From the IMG/VR virus record IMGVR_UViG_2839610755_000002: 64,000 bases of DNA; one strand, given 5' to 3'. The notes under the pieces are model-generated. The model ran no database searches. It had not been told where the DNA came from and worked only from the letters and a program-made list of their open reading frames with translations. Below, in pieces: positions 21,088-32,133 of this stretch (position 1 is the first letter of the stretch; the number at the start of each line of letters is the position of its first letter). The stretch is from a virus (lineage: Duplodnaviria; Heunggongvirae; Uroviricota; Caudoviricetes). Both the position numbers and the translations under genes were made by a program.

Positions 21088-21939
21088 ATGATAAATTATG
21101 TCTACGGCGAACAACTGTACCAGGAGTTCGTCAGCTTCAGGGATCTCTTTCTAAAAAAAGCTGTTGCACGCGCCCAACACGTTGATACAGCCAGCGACGG
21201 TCGTCCTGTACGCCCGGTTGTCGTTCTACCGTTCAAAGAAACTGACAGCATTCAGGCTGAAATTGATAAATGGACTTTAATGGCGCGGGAACTGGAACAG
21301 TACCCAGACCTCAATATCCCAAAGACTATTTTATATCCAGTGCCTAACATCCTTCGCGGTGTGCGTAAGGTTACAACTTATCAGACAGAAGCTGTGAACA
21401 GCGTCAACATGACCGCTGGCCGCATTATTCATCTGATTGATAAGGACATTCGCATCCAAAAAAGCGCGGGGATCAATGAGCACAGTGCGAAATACATAGA
21501 GAACCTGGAAGCAACAAAAGAGCTAATGAAGCAGTACCCGGAGGATGAAAAATTCCGTATGCGCGTACACGGCTTTAGCGAAACAATGCTGCGCGTCCAC
21601 TACATTTCCAGTAGCCCTAACTACAATGATGGTAAATCAGTTAGTTACCATGTGCCACTGTGTGGCGTGTTTATCTGCGATGAAACTCTCCGTGATGGAA
21701 TTATCATCAACGGTGAATTCGAAAAAGCAAAATTTAGCCTTTATGACTCCATAGAACCGATCATCTGCGACCGCTGGCCGCAAGCAAAAATATATCGCCT
21801 GGCAGATATTGAAAATGTAAAAAAACAAATTGCCATCACTCGCGAAGAGAAAAAGGTTAAGTCAGCCGCATCAGTTACGCGCAGCCGTAAAACCAAGAAG
21901 GGGCAGCCAGTAAACGACACCCCCGAAAGCGCGCAATAA
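21088..21939 (+). CDS. c1: C1 repressor of lysis
   Basis: 283 aa beginning MINYVYGEQLYQEF; GGAGGAGG RBS; matches P1 C1 as I recall it. Confidence 0.95.
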   Translation: MINYVYGEQLYQEFVSFRDLFLKKAVARAQHVDTASDGRPVRPVVVLPFKETDSIQAEIDKWTLMARELEQYPDLNIPKTILYPVPNILRGVRKVTTYQTEAVNSVNMTAGRIIHLIDKDIRIQKSAGINEHSAKYIENLEATKELMKQYPEDEKFRMRVHGFSETMLRVHYISSSPNYNDGKSVSYHVPLCGVFICDETLRDGIIINGEFEKAKFSLYDSIEPIICDRWPQAKIYRLADIENVKKQIAITREEKKVKSAASVTRSRKTKKGQPVNDTPESAQ

Positions 21940-21944
21940 ATTAT

Positions 21945-21962
21945 GCCCGGCATCAACCGGGC
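21945..21962. terminator. hairpin after c1, shared with the 3' end of the antirepressor-like gene
   Basis: GCCCGG-CATCAA-CCGGGC; same hairpin recurs at 50366-50383. Confidence 0.55.
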
Positions 21963-21971
21963 ATTCTTCCA

Positions 21972-23089
21972 TTATTCAGCTGCCACCGGTTTTAACAAGC
22001 CAGCATCGAGCAGTTTACGCGTCAACCACTGCTGGCCTTTACCCGTTAATTGAGGCGTCAACCGTATCTGGTAGCCATCTTCATCATCCAGCACCACTTC
22101 TTTCACCGTGAAATACCCCGCGTTGATGTACTGCTGGAACGGCACATTTTTACGTCCACCGGACGCTATCAGGATGCCGTTCTCCCGTAACCAGACAAAC
22201 AGCGCGTTTTGCTTAAGTCCAACAACCTTTGCAAAATTCCCAATCAGGATCCCTTTAGCTACTGATACCCGGTCGGCAAAATCGACTTTAGGAGCGGCGG
22301 CCACCAGCTGCTGATTTAGCTGGTGGGCTTTCTGTTCCAGAAGTTGCTTTTGTTCAGCCAGTTCGGCAGCCAGGCGTAGGGCTTCAGGAAGCGTCTGGGG
22401 GATTGCGATCGGTTGCTGTTCTTTTTGTCGGAAGTAGCTGTCTTCCAGTTTTTCAAAGAATGCCCATGCCTGATCGGTTTCGAGCATTTTAGCGTGGCGG
22501 GCTGCGCCGCGTTCTGTCCAGAGGGGAGTGAGCGAACATTGCGAGCAATTTTTACAGAGTAGTTTAAAGCTACTCTGTGCTTCAACTCGCGCAATGATTC
22601 TCCTTCAACTTTGAAAAAGTGCTTCCCTTCAACAAAGCGTACTTTGTTCTCATGATGATTTTGGCGAATACGGATTGTTTCTGTCCCATACCCTCTAGCA
22701 AGAGTCTCGGTTGTCACTACACGCACTCCCTGCCATTCCAGAACGGGAATTTCATCAGACTGATTCTGAACAACCACCAGCTCCGATTCCTGAACTGAAG
22801 GTGCATGAATTTTTTCTGATTTAACGTTAGTTGCTTTCATTCTGTGTGCCTCCTTGCGTGCTTCGGCTGCGACGGTTGCGTAATTCAGATGACCCTGTTC
22901 GAGCAGGTATTCGCGGATATCAGACAACAGGATACGGTGAACCGCGTTCTTGTCCTTTCTCCGGTAAAGTTGTTTGGTGATCATGAAGTAGTTGGCAATA
23001 ACGCCTGGTATATCCCTGGTACTGATACAGGCAGTGTGCTGTTCAATTGCCTCGATCATCTCTTCACGGGTGACTAATGACGTTCTCAT
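21972..23089 (-). pseudogene. antirepressor-like gene copy A (ORF6N/Bro-N-like middle, ANT/KilAC-like C-terminus), split by frameshift
   Basis: Two overlapping ORFs (22316-23089 and 21972-22487) in different frames; the C-terminal about 130 aa are near-identical to the intact 344-aa copy at 50391-51425; shift lies near a G4 run at about 22523-22526. Confidence 0.6.
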
Positions 23090-23625
23090 AGTCCCTCCTG
23101 AGCAGAAGCGTTAACAGGGAGGCACCAGTAACTGAGAGAATTGCGTGAATCAGTGGAAAAACGGGCAGAGAAAATACATGGGGCGTCAGGAAGCTGAGAG
23201 CGGGCCTCATCTTCTGTTGGTGCAATAACGAAGTGATAGTGACGTTTTTGGCAGGAGTAAAAGCGCCAGATAAATTCAGGATGAGTTGGGGTAGGGATAG
23301 TAGCCATATTGGCAGCCTCCTTAGACGTTGGTATGTAACCACCGCAGAAGAGACCAATCTTGCTGGCGGTGGACTGTACGGAGTTGGCCTTACTGGCGTC
23401 CAAGGTAACCAGCCTACCCGAAGGTAGCCCCATACAGCCCACCATTGTAGAGGTGTGCGTGTACGCCGATACAAAAAAAGACGCGAGCGGCGTCTGTATC
23501 GCCTTAGACTTAAGCGGGAGGCCAATCCCGGCACCCGTTTTAATGAGGTGCCTGATAAGCATAAACCGAAAATGCCTCAAGGCGCAAGAGGTCAGGTTCA
23601 ATGTAACATCGGTAGCTAAAAAACA

Positions 23626-23642
23626 CAATTTATTAGAGCAAA
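23626..23642 (-). promoter_or_regulatory. C1 operator-like site about 0.5 kb upstream of antirepressor-like copy A
   Basis: Minus strand reads TTGCTCTAATAAATTGT. Confidence 0.5.
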
Positions 23643-23645
23643 TAT

Positions 23646-25130
23646 TCATTCATTAAGCCATGCCAGAGCTTCATCAACCTGCGCTTCGTCTTCGACGCTA
23701 AGCACTTCATCCTGGGGAACATAATCAGCCAGCATAGCGAAACAATATGTATCCCAATGGTCTGGTGAGTGCAGGTTGAGTTTTTTCTTCATATCCTCCT
23801 TACTCATCACTTTCCATTGACCTGCGGAGTTAATCCCTACAGGGATTTTCGACGCTTCCTCAATAGTTTCATTACCCTTATCCAGTCTCATACGACCAGA
23901 TTTTACGGCCTCTGCGGCTTGAACGTTGGCATAAGCACGTTTATCAAAGTACAGGCTCTTATCTTCACGGCTATGCATCTTTTTACCCCAGCGTATACGC
24001 TGTACGGTAATACCATAATACTCGTACATCAGATCCGCCGTTGCTTTACCCAGGCCATCGCCGTCTATCGCTATGGTGATATTTGGGAATCGCTCAGGAT
24101 TACATTCTGCGAAAATTTTGGCGGCAAGCTGCGTTTCTGTAACGTCTGTGTATTCCAGCATTCGATAGTTGATTACACGGCGTTTATTTCGCTGGCCGGA
24201 CACCATCATGATATTGATAACGGACTTATCCCGTCCCGTACCACCAGCAACGTCCACACATGCAAGCCAGCCCCATCCTTTTGCAATCTTGACTTTCCGC
24301 CGCGTTGCACGTTCAACCTCATCACGTCCAAGAAGGAAGCCATCCTGTGATTTAGGGAATAGGCCGCGTACCTTAATCATGTACATAGGGTTATCGCGCC
24401 CGCCGTACTCCGCCAGCTTCATTTTGATAAATGCTGGCGTTACCAGCGGTGATTCCTCACTGTTAAGCGTGATCGCCGTATAAACGCCATCAGGGTTACC
24501 AGGACGCTTGGCCAGTTTATGGTGAGTATCGTAGAAATAGCCGCTTGGGCGTGTAGGCTGTGACAGTAATAAGATGCGGTTATCCTGTCCGGTAAGAGCA
24601 CCGGTGATGATACCGAAAGCTCTATCACTGACACCGGAGGCTTCATCGATAATATACAGAAGATGATCTGCGTGTTCACCGGCGAGAGCTTCTTCACTTC
24701 CCAGACGAAAGCCCTTCGGTACTACAGTCCATACACCTTTACCAGTAACCTCATAGAAAGCGGTTTCTGTCAGAACAAAATAATCAGCAAGCCATGGGAA
24801 ACGGCTGGTGGCAGTAGCCCAGTTTATCTTGATGTACTTGAATATACCGGTCATTACCTGCTGAATTTTGTTCGCAACGATAATGGCTCGGGCACCGGGA
24901 TACATGATTATGAACAACATGATCATGATAGAAGTCATGTCTGATTTCCCGGTACCGTGACCAGACGAAACAGATGTCTTGCTACCCTGTTCCTGCACAG
25001 ACTCAATAATCAGATCCTGCTGCCAGGTAGGTGTTTTGCCGAACAAAACATCAGCGGCCGCAATCCAGTCATAACGATATAGCGCCACCAGCTCGCGCCA
25101 ACGTGGATCCGTTACGCAACTTCTGGCCAT
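23646..25130 (-). CDS. pacB: terminase large subunit (pacase)
   Basis: 494 aa; Walker [10 protein letters not shown] and Walker [12 protein letters not shown]; adjacent to pacA. Confidence 0.9.
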   Translation of the reverse strand: MARSCVTDPRWRELVALYRYDWIAAADVLFGKTPTWQQDLIIESVQEQGSKTSVSSGHGTGKSDMTSIMIMLFIIMYPGARAIIVANKIQQVMTGIFKYIKINWATATSRFPWLADYFVLTETAFYEVTGKGVWTVVPKGFRLGSEEALAGEHADHLLYIIDEASGVSDRAFGIITGALTGQDNRILLLSQPTRPSGYFYDTHHKLAKRPGNPDGVYTAITLNSEESPLVTPAFIKMKLAEYGGRDNPMYMIKVRGLFPKSQDGFLLGRDEVERATRRKVKIAKGWGWLACVDVAGGTGRDKSVINIMMVSGQRNKRRVINYRMLEYTDVTETQLAAKIFAECNPERFPNITIAIDGDGLGKATADLMYEYYGITVQRIRWGKKMHSREDKSLYFDKRAYANVQAAEAVKSGRMRLDKGNETIEEASKIPVGINSAGQWKVMSKEDMKKKLNLHSPDHWDTYCFAMLADYVPQDEVLSVEDEAQVDEALAWLNE

Positions 25131-26323
25131 TAATCATCATCCCCGTATAGCTTGCGGGTAACTTCTTCGTCTTCCTCCTCGTCTTCGTCCAGGTCTTGTT
25201 CCAGCCATGGGTCGTTTGATGCACCTTCAGTATCAACATCTCCATAACCGCCTGTATCAACGATATCGGCGATTTCTTCCCTACGCTGCTCAATCCACAA
25301 TGCGGCATCCGCGCGGCGGTTGGCGGCCCGTTCTCGCGCAACTTTGTCCAGATCTTCAAGAGAAGGGCCACCGACGGCTGTTTGCCTTTCCTCATCATCG
25401 GTATTGGTCTTAGGAGCACGCAGATCGGCTTTGATTTGCTCCAGCATCAGGGGCGGCACTTTCCCGCCATGCGCCTCGATGAATTCAGCTGCTTCCAGCA
25501 CTGACCAGTTATTTTCACGCTTTCGTTCGTATGCCAGCTTAACAATGCCAGCTTGCCCCATAGATAAAGCGTGCTTTTCCGCCTCCCGGCTTTCTTTTCG
25601 ATAGTTATTCCGGATGCTGTAAATGGTGTTGATCAGGCTGCTTATCTGCGCGGAACAGCTGTTTAGCATGCTCGCGATACGATATTCAGGCGGAGTCCCT
25701 TCATCATCGTCTTTTTGCTGATCGCGCATTTCCTGCACCAGACGAATACACGTATCCCTGGCGTTCTCCAGCATAAGGAGATGAGAAAGAGACTTTTCCA
25801 GAAGAGTGGTTTCCAGAACATCGGCCCCGGACCGACGCAACATAGCGCGCGCGGCCTTCCGCGCTTCAACGTTATCTATCAGGTAATCGCCAGCTTCGAA
25901 TTCAAAGCGTTCACCATCATCATCCAGGGTGTCGCGTTCCAGGCGATCACGTAAGGTCCGGTGGGCGCGGGTGATCACGTCATGATCATCAGAACGATCA
26001 TTTATGCGCTTATTTTGGCGCTTCGCATTCTCGACTGCGGCACTGACAACGGCATTAACCCTTTGTTTTTCCGCTATTTCAGCCGCAATGTGATTACCTG
26101 CATGTTGATCATTAGAGTGATCAATGATCATGCTTTTTAGTGGCTTCCTGACTGGCTTATTTGGCTTGCGGCTGTCCGCTGTCCTGGTGTCTTCTTTGAA
26201 GGCACGGAGATAACGACGTGCAGTATTAGGGTTAAGATTAAACTCGGCGGCATACTGTGCGATGGTGTAACCACCATCTCGCGCCAGGCGAGCAAAATTC
26301 TTCTTGTGATCGTCCCAGGTCAC
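25130..26323 (-). CDS. pacA: terminase small subunit (pac-recognition subunit)
   Basis: 397 aa; contains the pac hexamer clusters within its coding sequence, as in P1. Confidence 0.85.
   Translation of the reverse strand: MTWDDHKKNFARLARDGGYTIAQYAAEFNLNPNTARRYLRAFKEDTRTADSRKPNKPVRKPLKSMIIDHSNDQHAGNHIAAEIAEKQRVNAVVSAAVENAKRQNKRINDRSDDHDVITRAHRTLRDRLERDTLDDDGERFEFEAGDYLIDNVEARKAARAMLRRSGADVLETTLLEKSLSHLLMLENARDTCIRLVQEMRDQQKDDDEGTPPEYRIASMLNSCSAQISSLINTIYSIRNNYRKESREAEKHALSMGQAGIVKLAYERKRENNWSVLEAAEFIEAHGGKVPPLMLEQIKADLRAPKTNTDDEERQTAVGGPSLEDLDKVARERAANRRADAALWIEQRREEIADIVDTGGYGDVDTEGASNDPWLEQDLDEDEEEDEEVTRKLYGDDD
25944..26131. other. pac: pac packaging site (4+3 TGATCA/G hexamers with GATC Dam sites)
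   Basis: Four hexamers at about 25945-26001 and three at 26106-26129 inside pacA. Confidence 0.75.
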
Positions 26324-26408
26324 TTATGCTTCCTTTCGTAAAAACTCTTTTTGACGCGAGGGTAACGAAAGTCACATGTCAAAAGGCCCGGAACGGGCAA
26401 GCAATCAA

Positions 26409-26861
26409 TCAGATACGTGCGGATGTGGCATTACCGTAATGACGGTGCTGACGGGCCACCTTATTGAAAAGTTGACGCGCCATTACCCAAGGCTGGTGCT
26501 CCCGGCGTTCCTTTTCGTCCTGCGTCATATAGAGTTCGTTCTGGAGTTTTTCATCAAACCGGCGCGGAGCGCGGCTACGGCGAAAGAATTCAGGATTCAG
26601 AGAGTGGATCTGAAATCTACGTGGGCGTGTACTGTCATCAATCAAAACAGACGAATACTTAGACACAGCGATAGCCTTTAAGCGCAGATAAACATCGCGC
26701 TTATCGACATCCAGATGCGGGTATTCCTTTTCAAGAATTGCTGCGAGTTCTTTCGCTGATAGAAGAGATTTAGTGCGGATCATGTAATCCGCAATCTCGT
26801 ACGATGTTATTCGTGAGTGATTTATTTCCATGAAGTGGCGTCCCTGCCAGTTAAGTAACAT
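26409..26861 (-). CDS. lpa: late promoter activator (Lpa-like)
   Basis: 150-aa ORF upstream of pacA on the same strand with a C1 operator just upstream; name by synteny. Confidence 0.55.
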   Translation of the reverse strand: MLLNWQGRHFMEINHSRITSYEIADYMIRTKSLLSAKELAAILEKEYPHLDVDKRDVYLRLKAIAVSKYSSVLIDDSTRPRRFQIHSLNPEFFRRSRAPRRFDEKLQNELYMTQDEKERREHQPWVMARQLFNKVARQHRHYGNATSARI

Positions 26862-26931
26862 CCTGTCACCTACTGATTAGCCCATGTCAACTAATCAACG
26901 TGGAATATAATACCCTCGATTAAAGAAATAG

Positions 26932-26948
26932 CAATACATTAGAGCAAT
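26932..26948 (-). promoter_or_regulatory. C1 operator-like site upstream of lpa
   Basis: Minus strand reads ATTGCTCTAATGTATTG. Confidence 0.5.
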
Positions 26949-26949
26949 T

Positions 26950-27993
26950 TTATCTAACGCTCGACGAGTGACTTGTGATAGCGCCGACTCCAAGCGCGTA
27001 ATCAAAGAACAATCGTTGATGCATCGCCAGCCTGCCGTGCGTCTTCTCCCAATTATCGCGGTCACGCTCAATATCACGCTGGCATGACTGGCACAGAGGA
27101 ATTGCGTAAATGTCATGCGCGCATAATCGACTATGACGAACGATATAAGGCGTAATGCGAGCGCCAGCTCCCGCAGCTCCACATCCACAGCACGGACGGG
27201 AAGCAACAAAGTCCATGTACTCGGGTAATTTTAGCGATTGCAGTTTTGGTATTTTGAAATGCGCCATGCCAGGGTCGGAGTCAACATCCACAGGGCATAC
27301 TTTTGCACGCATCGGCGCGGCGCGTTCTTCCATCATCTGAACATATGCTGTAGCACGATCGTCGTACGGGCGAATATCCGCCTCTTTCAAAGGTCCGCTA
27401 TCCTGCGGAGCAGCCTTCATCTTATTTATTGATATGCGGCAAACTTCTTCCGGCATCAGGTGCATCATGTTGCGCATGAAAGCCCACCAGCACAGTTCCT
27501 GAATACTTAAATCATGGCCATCTGAAAGCCCCATTTCCTGACGGGCGACATCCAGTATCCAGTTAACGCGATTATTATGCAGCGTTTCTTTCAGCTCATT
27601 AAAACCACGCATCCGGTAATGGTTATCGTGATGCCAGCACAACAACACCGCGCTATTGTCTCGTTCTGCGTGGACAATATGGTTGTCACACCAGCTACGA
27701 TCTGCGGCCTGGCATTGCCCCTCTTTCCTGCGCAACCACGCCACCAGCGCGTCAATTCCACCAATACGGCGAAACAGTTCATCGCTGTTAAAAAACGGCT
27801 GCAACGCCTCATTTGTTGCCATAGTTTGCTCGGAAACAACGAGGCCGTCGTCCATGTGCTCGATTAACTCACGCGGCACCGGCTCCATAATAAATTTACG
27901 GCCAGCCTCCACCAGCTTTCTGACTTCCTGATCCACTTTGAATGTGGCGACGCCAAGCTCTTTTTGTACAAAGGGAGTAATTACGGCTTTCAC
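26950..27993 (-). CDS. pdcB: PdcB-like protein (Cys-rich C-terminal region)
   Basis: 347-aa ORF, second gene downstream of doc; Cys cluster CCGCG...CAHD...CQSCQ; name by position. Confidence 0.45.
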   Translation of the reverse strand: MKAVITPFVQKELGVATFKVDQEVRKLVEAGRKFIMEPVPRELIEHMDDGLVVSEQTMATNEALQPFFNSDELFRRIGGIDALVAWLRRKEGQCQAADRSWCDNHIVHAERDNSAVLLCWHHDNHYRMRGFNELKETLHNNRVNWILDVARQEMGLSDGHDLSIQELCWWAFMRNMMHLMPEEVCRISINKMKAAPQDSGPLKEADIRPYDDRATAYVQMMEERAAPMRAKVCPVDVDSDPGMAHFKIPKLQSLKLPEYMDFVASRPCCGCGAAGAGARITPYIVRHSRLCAHDIYAIPLCQSCQRDIERDRDNWEKTHGRLAMHQRLFFDYALGVGAITSHSSSVR

Positions 27994-28020
27994 ATCACAC
28001 CTTTCATCACTGATTGGGCT

Positions 28021-28221
28021 TTATCTGCTGCCCGGCATTCTCTGTTTAAGCACAACCATTTCCTGACGGCATAACACAGCAATAGCAGTCCTGGCTCTAA
28101 TTTGCTTACCAACCAGGTATTGCTTTACCTCGCGGCGACTCACGCCATCAAGAAGCATCTTTAACGCTTCACGGGACAATTTGTTGTATTTGCGTGCCAT
28201 TAATCTACTCCGCAGAACCAT
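28021..28221 (-). CDS. pdcA: PdcA-like small protein
   Basis: 66-aa ORF overlapping doc stop; name by position. Confidence 0.4.
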
Positions 28222-28585
28222 ACAATCTACGTAACGTGGCGGCGACAGAAGATACAGATATCTCGCCAGTCGCAGCCCCTACGGTAAGGTCTGCCAGTTC
28301 AGGTGAATCAAATACCTGCACCCCGTTACGGCGTAGAAATAACAGCGCACTGTTTAGCGCGGTACGCTTATTGGCATCATTGAATATATGCCCTCTCGCC
28401 GTAGCCACCAGGTAGGTGGCGGAGACTTCGAAAAGGTCGGTGATCTCTTCGTAGGCAACTCTGGCCTGAACTCTCCCGATAATGGCCTCTGCCCTACCCG
28501 GATCTGACATTCCCGGCAGGCCGCCGTAGCGGCTTATATTCGCATCATGAAGCGCAATAAGTTCTTCCGGTGATATATGCCTCAT
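28205..28585 (-). CDS. doc: Doc toxin (Fic-fold kinase)
   Basis: 126 aa with Fic motif [10 protein letters not shown]; directly downstream of phd. Confidence 0.95.
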
Positions 28586-28806
28586 TATCGGTTAACCAGT
28601 TCCTTGTTGGTGGAGTCCAGGGTGTCAAACAGGGATGCAAATTCAGCATCCAGCGCCGCTTTTTTGTAGGCTTCGAAAGTAGCCTTGCTGACAATTACTG
28701 CTGGCTCACGGCCTCTGCGGGTGATTTCAACCTCTTCCCCGGCTTCAACATTGTTAAGCACTTCAGAAAGGTTGCCACGCGCGGTACGGAAGTTAATGGA
28801 TTGCAT
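28585..28806 (-). CDS. phd: Phd antitoxin
   Basis: 73 aa from [13 protein letters not shown]; stop overlaps doc start. Confidence 0.95.
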
Positions 28807-28878
28807 AAACACCTCGTGTACTCGTTATGTGTACACAATTATAAACTTCACAGGCATAAAGCACCAGCACTTTGCAGC

Positions 28879-29268
28879 TTAAATGATCGGACAATCATCA
28901 AACTCCCCACATCGGGCATCATTGATGACATGAGTGATCACACCAAAAACAGCATTACTACCCGTGTAACCATCGTCATCTACTGGTAACGCCTCTTTCT
29001 TCCCGGTGCTTAAATCCTCCAGGTGCTGGCGCGGATACTTTCGGTATCTCTTTATGCGATATTCACCCTCCATAGCGCAGACAAGCAGCGAACCATCAAC
29101 CGGAGTAAGCGAGGAATCAACCACCAGCAAAGCACCCTGCAATATTCCCTCACGGTGATGGCTGTCTGCCGCCCGCATGAAGTAGGTCGCTGATGGATGC
29201 CTGATTAGTTGCTGATCAAGAGAAATTCTGCTTTCAACATAATCCGCCGCAGGAGAAGGGAAGCCCAT
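28879..29268 (-). CDS. humD: HumD, UmuD'-like translesion-synthesis accessory protein
   Basis: 129 aa; UmuD-like core (LLVVDSSLTPVDGSLLVCAMEGEYRIKRY). Confidence 0.85.
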   Translation of the reverse strand: MGFPSPAADYVESRISLDQQLIRHPSATYFMRAADSHHREGILQGALLVVDSSLTPVDGSLLVCAMEGEYRIKRYRKYPRQHLEDLSTGKKEALPVDDDGYTGSNAVFGVITHVINDARCGEFDDCPII

Positions 29269-29287
29269 AGCGTTTTCACCTCAATAA

Positions 29288-29307
29288 TACTGTTCATTTA
29301 CACAGTA
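29288..29307. promoter_or_regulatory. LexA (SOS) box in the humD/lxr divergent promoter region
   Basis: TACTGT-TCATTTAC-ACAGTA fits CTGT-N8-ACAG. Confidence 0.7.
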
Positions 29308-29442
29308 TACATTAAAGAGACACCTTTGGTGCAAACGCGTTATGTACATCAACCACCGCAGATGATTTTGTGCGCTTTGCTACTATTCATCACCAACGGA
29401 TCAGCGTAACCTCATTGCCAATCAGTTAATAAGGAATTAGCT

Positions 29443-30015
29443 ATGCCTAATCGCATTCCTCTCGATCCTGTATTGCCCAAAAATTTTGACTGCACTCCTA
29501 ACGAGAGACGCTCTAAAGCTCAGCTGGACGCCTGGTGGGACCATCCCTATGGGGTTACAGAACATGACGGGAAAATTGTTGTTTATTGTCTGAATGGTGG
29601 CGCGTGGGACCGTCCATCCGTGCTGGGTTTGGCAAATAACTATGATGAAGCCTGTGAACTTGCCGAAAGACAGCAGGCTAGATGGGTAAAAACGCGGTCA
29701 CAGCCGATATTTATGTACTCACAGGAACCTCCATTTGTGCTGGCGAGAATGCCGCAGCGACCGGATCATCAACAAGAAATTGTTGCTGAATTTTCCTCAA
29801 TGGATGAGATGAATCTCTTCTCATTAAAGCAGGAAGAAAGGGATCGCGTCGAAGTGTCTCCAACTCTCGACCACAACCGGATGAACCTGGCCCAACTCGC
29901 CTGGTACAGCAAAGAATTGGAGATGTCTATTGCCCGGCTTGAAAACGAAAAAGCCGCTATCCAAGCCCAGCATGAAGCTGTCATTGCCAGGATACGAGAA
30001 GTTCAAAACGGTTAA
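29443..30015 (+). CDS. lxr: Lxr-like protein
   Basis: 190-aa ORF divergent from humD across the LexA box; name by position. Confidence 0.5.
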   Translation: MPNRIPLDPVLPKNFDCTPNERRSKAQLDAWWDHPYGVTEHDGKIVVYCLNGGAWDRPSVLGLANNYDEACELAERQQARWVKTRSQPIFMYSQEPPFVLARMPQRPDHQQEIVAEFSSMDEMNLFSLKQEERDRVEVSPTLDHNRMNLAQLAWYSKELEMSIARLENEKAAIQAQHEAVIARIREVQNG

Positions 30016-30021
30016 CTACCG

Positions 30022-30273
30022 CTATTTCTTTACGGCATCATCTTTCTGATATGCCGGATCGCTCCCTTTTGGCAACTGGAGGCTTAACTGCCGGTAGTGC
30101 CGTAGCCGTTCCATGAAATAGGTGCGCAGATTCTCTGGTTGATCGCGGGCTACCTGTTCAGCTATGACTGGTATGTTCAATCGCTCTTTGTACGCCACAC
30201 CGCTGGCAGCCAGATCAACGTTAACCTTATCCCGTTCTTCCTGACTTTTAGCTGCAATATTCCAGTCGCTCAT
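30022..30273 (-). CDS. hot: Hot, homologue of DNA polymerase III theta subunit
   Basis: 83 aa; [25 protein letters not shown] resembles HolE. Confidence 0.85.
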   Translation of the reverse strand: MSDWNIAAKSQEERDKVNVDLAASGVAYKERLNIPVIAEQVARDQPENLRTYFMERLRHYRQLSLQLPKGSDPAYQKDDAVKK

Positions 30274-30275
30274 AT

Positions 30276-30548
30276 TTAAGGCTCACATTTCCAGATGGTA
30301 TTCTGAACACCCGAACCGGGCGCTAGATGAGGGTTAGCGTTCGCGCTATGCTGATATACTGCTTTAGACTTCCCATATTGCTGACAGGCTTTATCTGCGG
30401 TTTTTTGCAGGCTATCCAGGCCATACCAACCATCTGACTGTATGCTTACCTTTTCACCGTCGTTGTATTGCACCATTGCACACCCAGATATAGCCAGTAT
30501 CGCGCCGACAATAACGCTTTTCCATAAAACTCTATGCAACATAGACAA
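30276..30548 (-). CDS. small lipoprotein
   Basis: Signal peptide with lipobox LAISGC; 90 aa. Confidence 0.6.
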   Translation of the reverse strand: MSMLHRVLWKSVIVGAILAISGCAMVQYNDGEKVSIQSDGWYGLDSLQKTADKACQQYGKSKAVYQHSANANPHLAPGSGVQNTIWKCEP

Positions 30549-30587
30549 AAATCCCCTCTGTGAATTGAGGGGATTTTAGCATGGTGA

Positions 30588-30848
30588 TCAGAGATCAGCT
30601 TTATGCAGAATTTTATCCACCAGCGATGTGATTTTTTCTGCCAGGTCATCATTACTTACCCAATCCTGGCGGGCAGCCAGAACGGGCGACAAGGCTAATA
30701 TTAACTCTCGTCGTAATGATACGTTCCTTGCTACAGGCGGAATACGTGGTGCTGGTGGTGGTTTAAGCCCCTCGCTCCCTTGTATTTCTGGAGTATTCGG
30801 CTGATAGCCATTAGTTATTTTCGGCGGTATTGGACGAGGACGAAACAT
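30588..30848 (-). CDS. Pro-rich hypothetical protein
   Basis: Start set at MFRPRP with AGGAGG RBS; overlaps upstream stop. Confidence 0.45.
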   Translation of the reverse strand: MFRPRPIPPKITNGYQPNTPEIQGSEGLKPPPAPRIPPVARNVSLRRELILALSPVLAARQDWVSNDDLAEKITSLVDKILHKADL

Positions 30849-30852
30849 CGCG

Positions 30853-31137
30853 CTACCTCCTACACTCAGGGCAGGTGTTCCCTTCCGCAAAGTAGGGGAA
30901 ACTGCTATCAAGTTCATCACACCATCTGCGATGCTCGTAGCACCAAAAAGCCTCCCACGGTAAACCAAAAGACTTCATCCACCGGGACACTCGATCTGGT
31001 ATATCTGCTGGTGGCAGTTCTTCTGGCAATAATTTGCCTGATAATTCCCTTTCCGCCCGCGCCAGCATTCCTTTTAGACTCGCATTCTCTTTTTCAAGAA
31101 TCTCTATGCGCGCCTGTAACTCAGCTTTCGTTGGCAT
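30853..31137 (-). CDS. coiled-coil / Cys-rich hypothetical protein
   Basis: Start set at MPTKAELQ; C-terminal CYEHRRWC...CPEC. Confidence 0.45.
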   Translation of the reverse strand: MPTKAELQARIEILEKENASLKGMLARAERELSGKLLPEELPPADIPDRVSRWMKSFGLPWEAFWCYEHRRWCDELDSSFPYFAEGNTCPECRR

Positions 31138-31771
31138 GGCCCGCCTCATGCTTATCAGCCACCAGCGGCAATAAAGCCCTGGCCATCTTATGAACCAATA
31201 GTGCATCAATAATGCCAAGCGTATGCCCCGGCTTAATGTTTAATGCCGCCTCAAGGTGACACCTTTCCAGGCCACTTTTCTCGGCTTGTTTATGATGATC
31301 TGGCGTAATAACGTCGCCCAAAACACGGCTAATTTTTTCTCGTAATTGCTGGGTGCCAGCACACTTGATCGCTGTATCGTGGATGCGGTTAACCAGTTCG
31401 CGATAAACATGCGGCTTAATTCGGATACGTTCACCGGTGACGCCCTTTCCTGGCGCTGGCACCGAACTATCCGGAATATCCGGATAGTTGCCAGCCTCGT
31501 AAGCTACCCGCAGCCAGTGCATGAATGTTTCAGTGGACACACAACCGCAGTCCACATCGATTTTCGCGCGTTGCTGTTCCAGCCACTGCTCAAAATTCAA
31601 TCTACACGTATTACTTTCATGTTGCTCTTTTTGTCTCAAGGCCAGCATCTGCTGGGCTATTTCCAATACTTCATCTGCCGTATATCCAGCACCGTGACCA
31701 TACATTTCGATACGGGAAATAATCTCTGATATACGCTCTTCAGTTATTCTGGTCATTTCTTTTTGCGCCAT
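31121..31771 (-). CDS. hypothetical 216-aa protein
   Basis: Long ORF in co-directional gene array; no motif recognised. Confidence 0.55.
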   Translation of the reverse strand: MAQKEMTRITEERISEIISRIEMYGHGAGYTADEVLEIAQQMLALRQKEQHESNTCRLNFEQWLEQQRAKIDVDCGCVSTETFMHWLRVAYEAGNYPDIPDSSVPAPGKGVTGERIRIKPHVYRELVNRIHDTAIKCAGTQQLREKISRVLGDVITPDHHKQAEKSGLERCHLEAALNIKPGHTLGIIDALLVHKMARALLPLVADKHEAGHANES

Positions 31772-32127
31772 TTCTTTTCACATTCCTTAGTCCATTTTTC
31801 AATGTTCATTTTGGCAATATCAGTCATTCCATCACCTAAGAAATACTTTCTCCGGTACGTCTTGCACTTAAACCACACTACAACAGCCACCAGCCAGAAA
31901 ATAAAAGGCCATACAGCAATACCAACTCCAGCCGCGATAAAGCACAATAGCCATAAATGAAGCTCTCCAACTTCTGTTTGCGGCAATATTCTTAAAGAAT
32001 TAAGCAGCAGACTGAAGGAATGGTCGTATGCATTGGCGGTATAAGACATGCAATCCATATAATTAAAGTCATAGCCTGCGGCTGCCGCCCATAATGGGCG
32101 GTCAAGAAAATGTTTTAGTGTCATCAT
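31753..32127 (-). CDS. small membrane protein
   Basis: Hydrophobic segment LWLLCFIAAGVGIAVWPFIFWLVAVVVWF and Lys-rich tail. Confidence 0.5.
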   Translation of the reverse strand: MMTLKHFLDRPLWAAAAGYDFNYMDCMSYTANAYDHSFSLLLNSLRILPQTEVGELHLWLLCFIAAGVGIAVWPFIFWLVAVVVWFKCKTYRRKYFLGDGMTDIAKMNIEKWTKECEKKWRKKK

Positions 32128-32133
32128 ATAAAT

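Noticed and set aside
23086-23649. 187-aa minus-strand ORF upstream of antirepressor-like copy A
   Set aside because: It covers the leader conserved with copy B, overlaps the operator, and has no RBS or motif; more likely 5' UTR.
26376-26681. 101-aa plus-strand ORF antisense to lpa
   Set aside because: Embedded within the lpa coding region on the opposite strand; no RBS.
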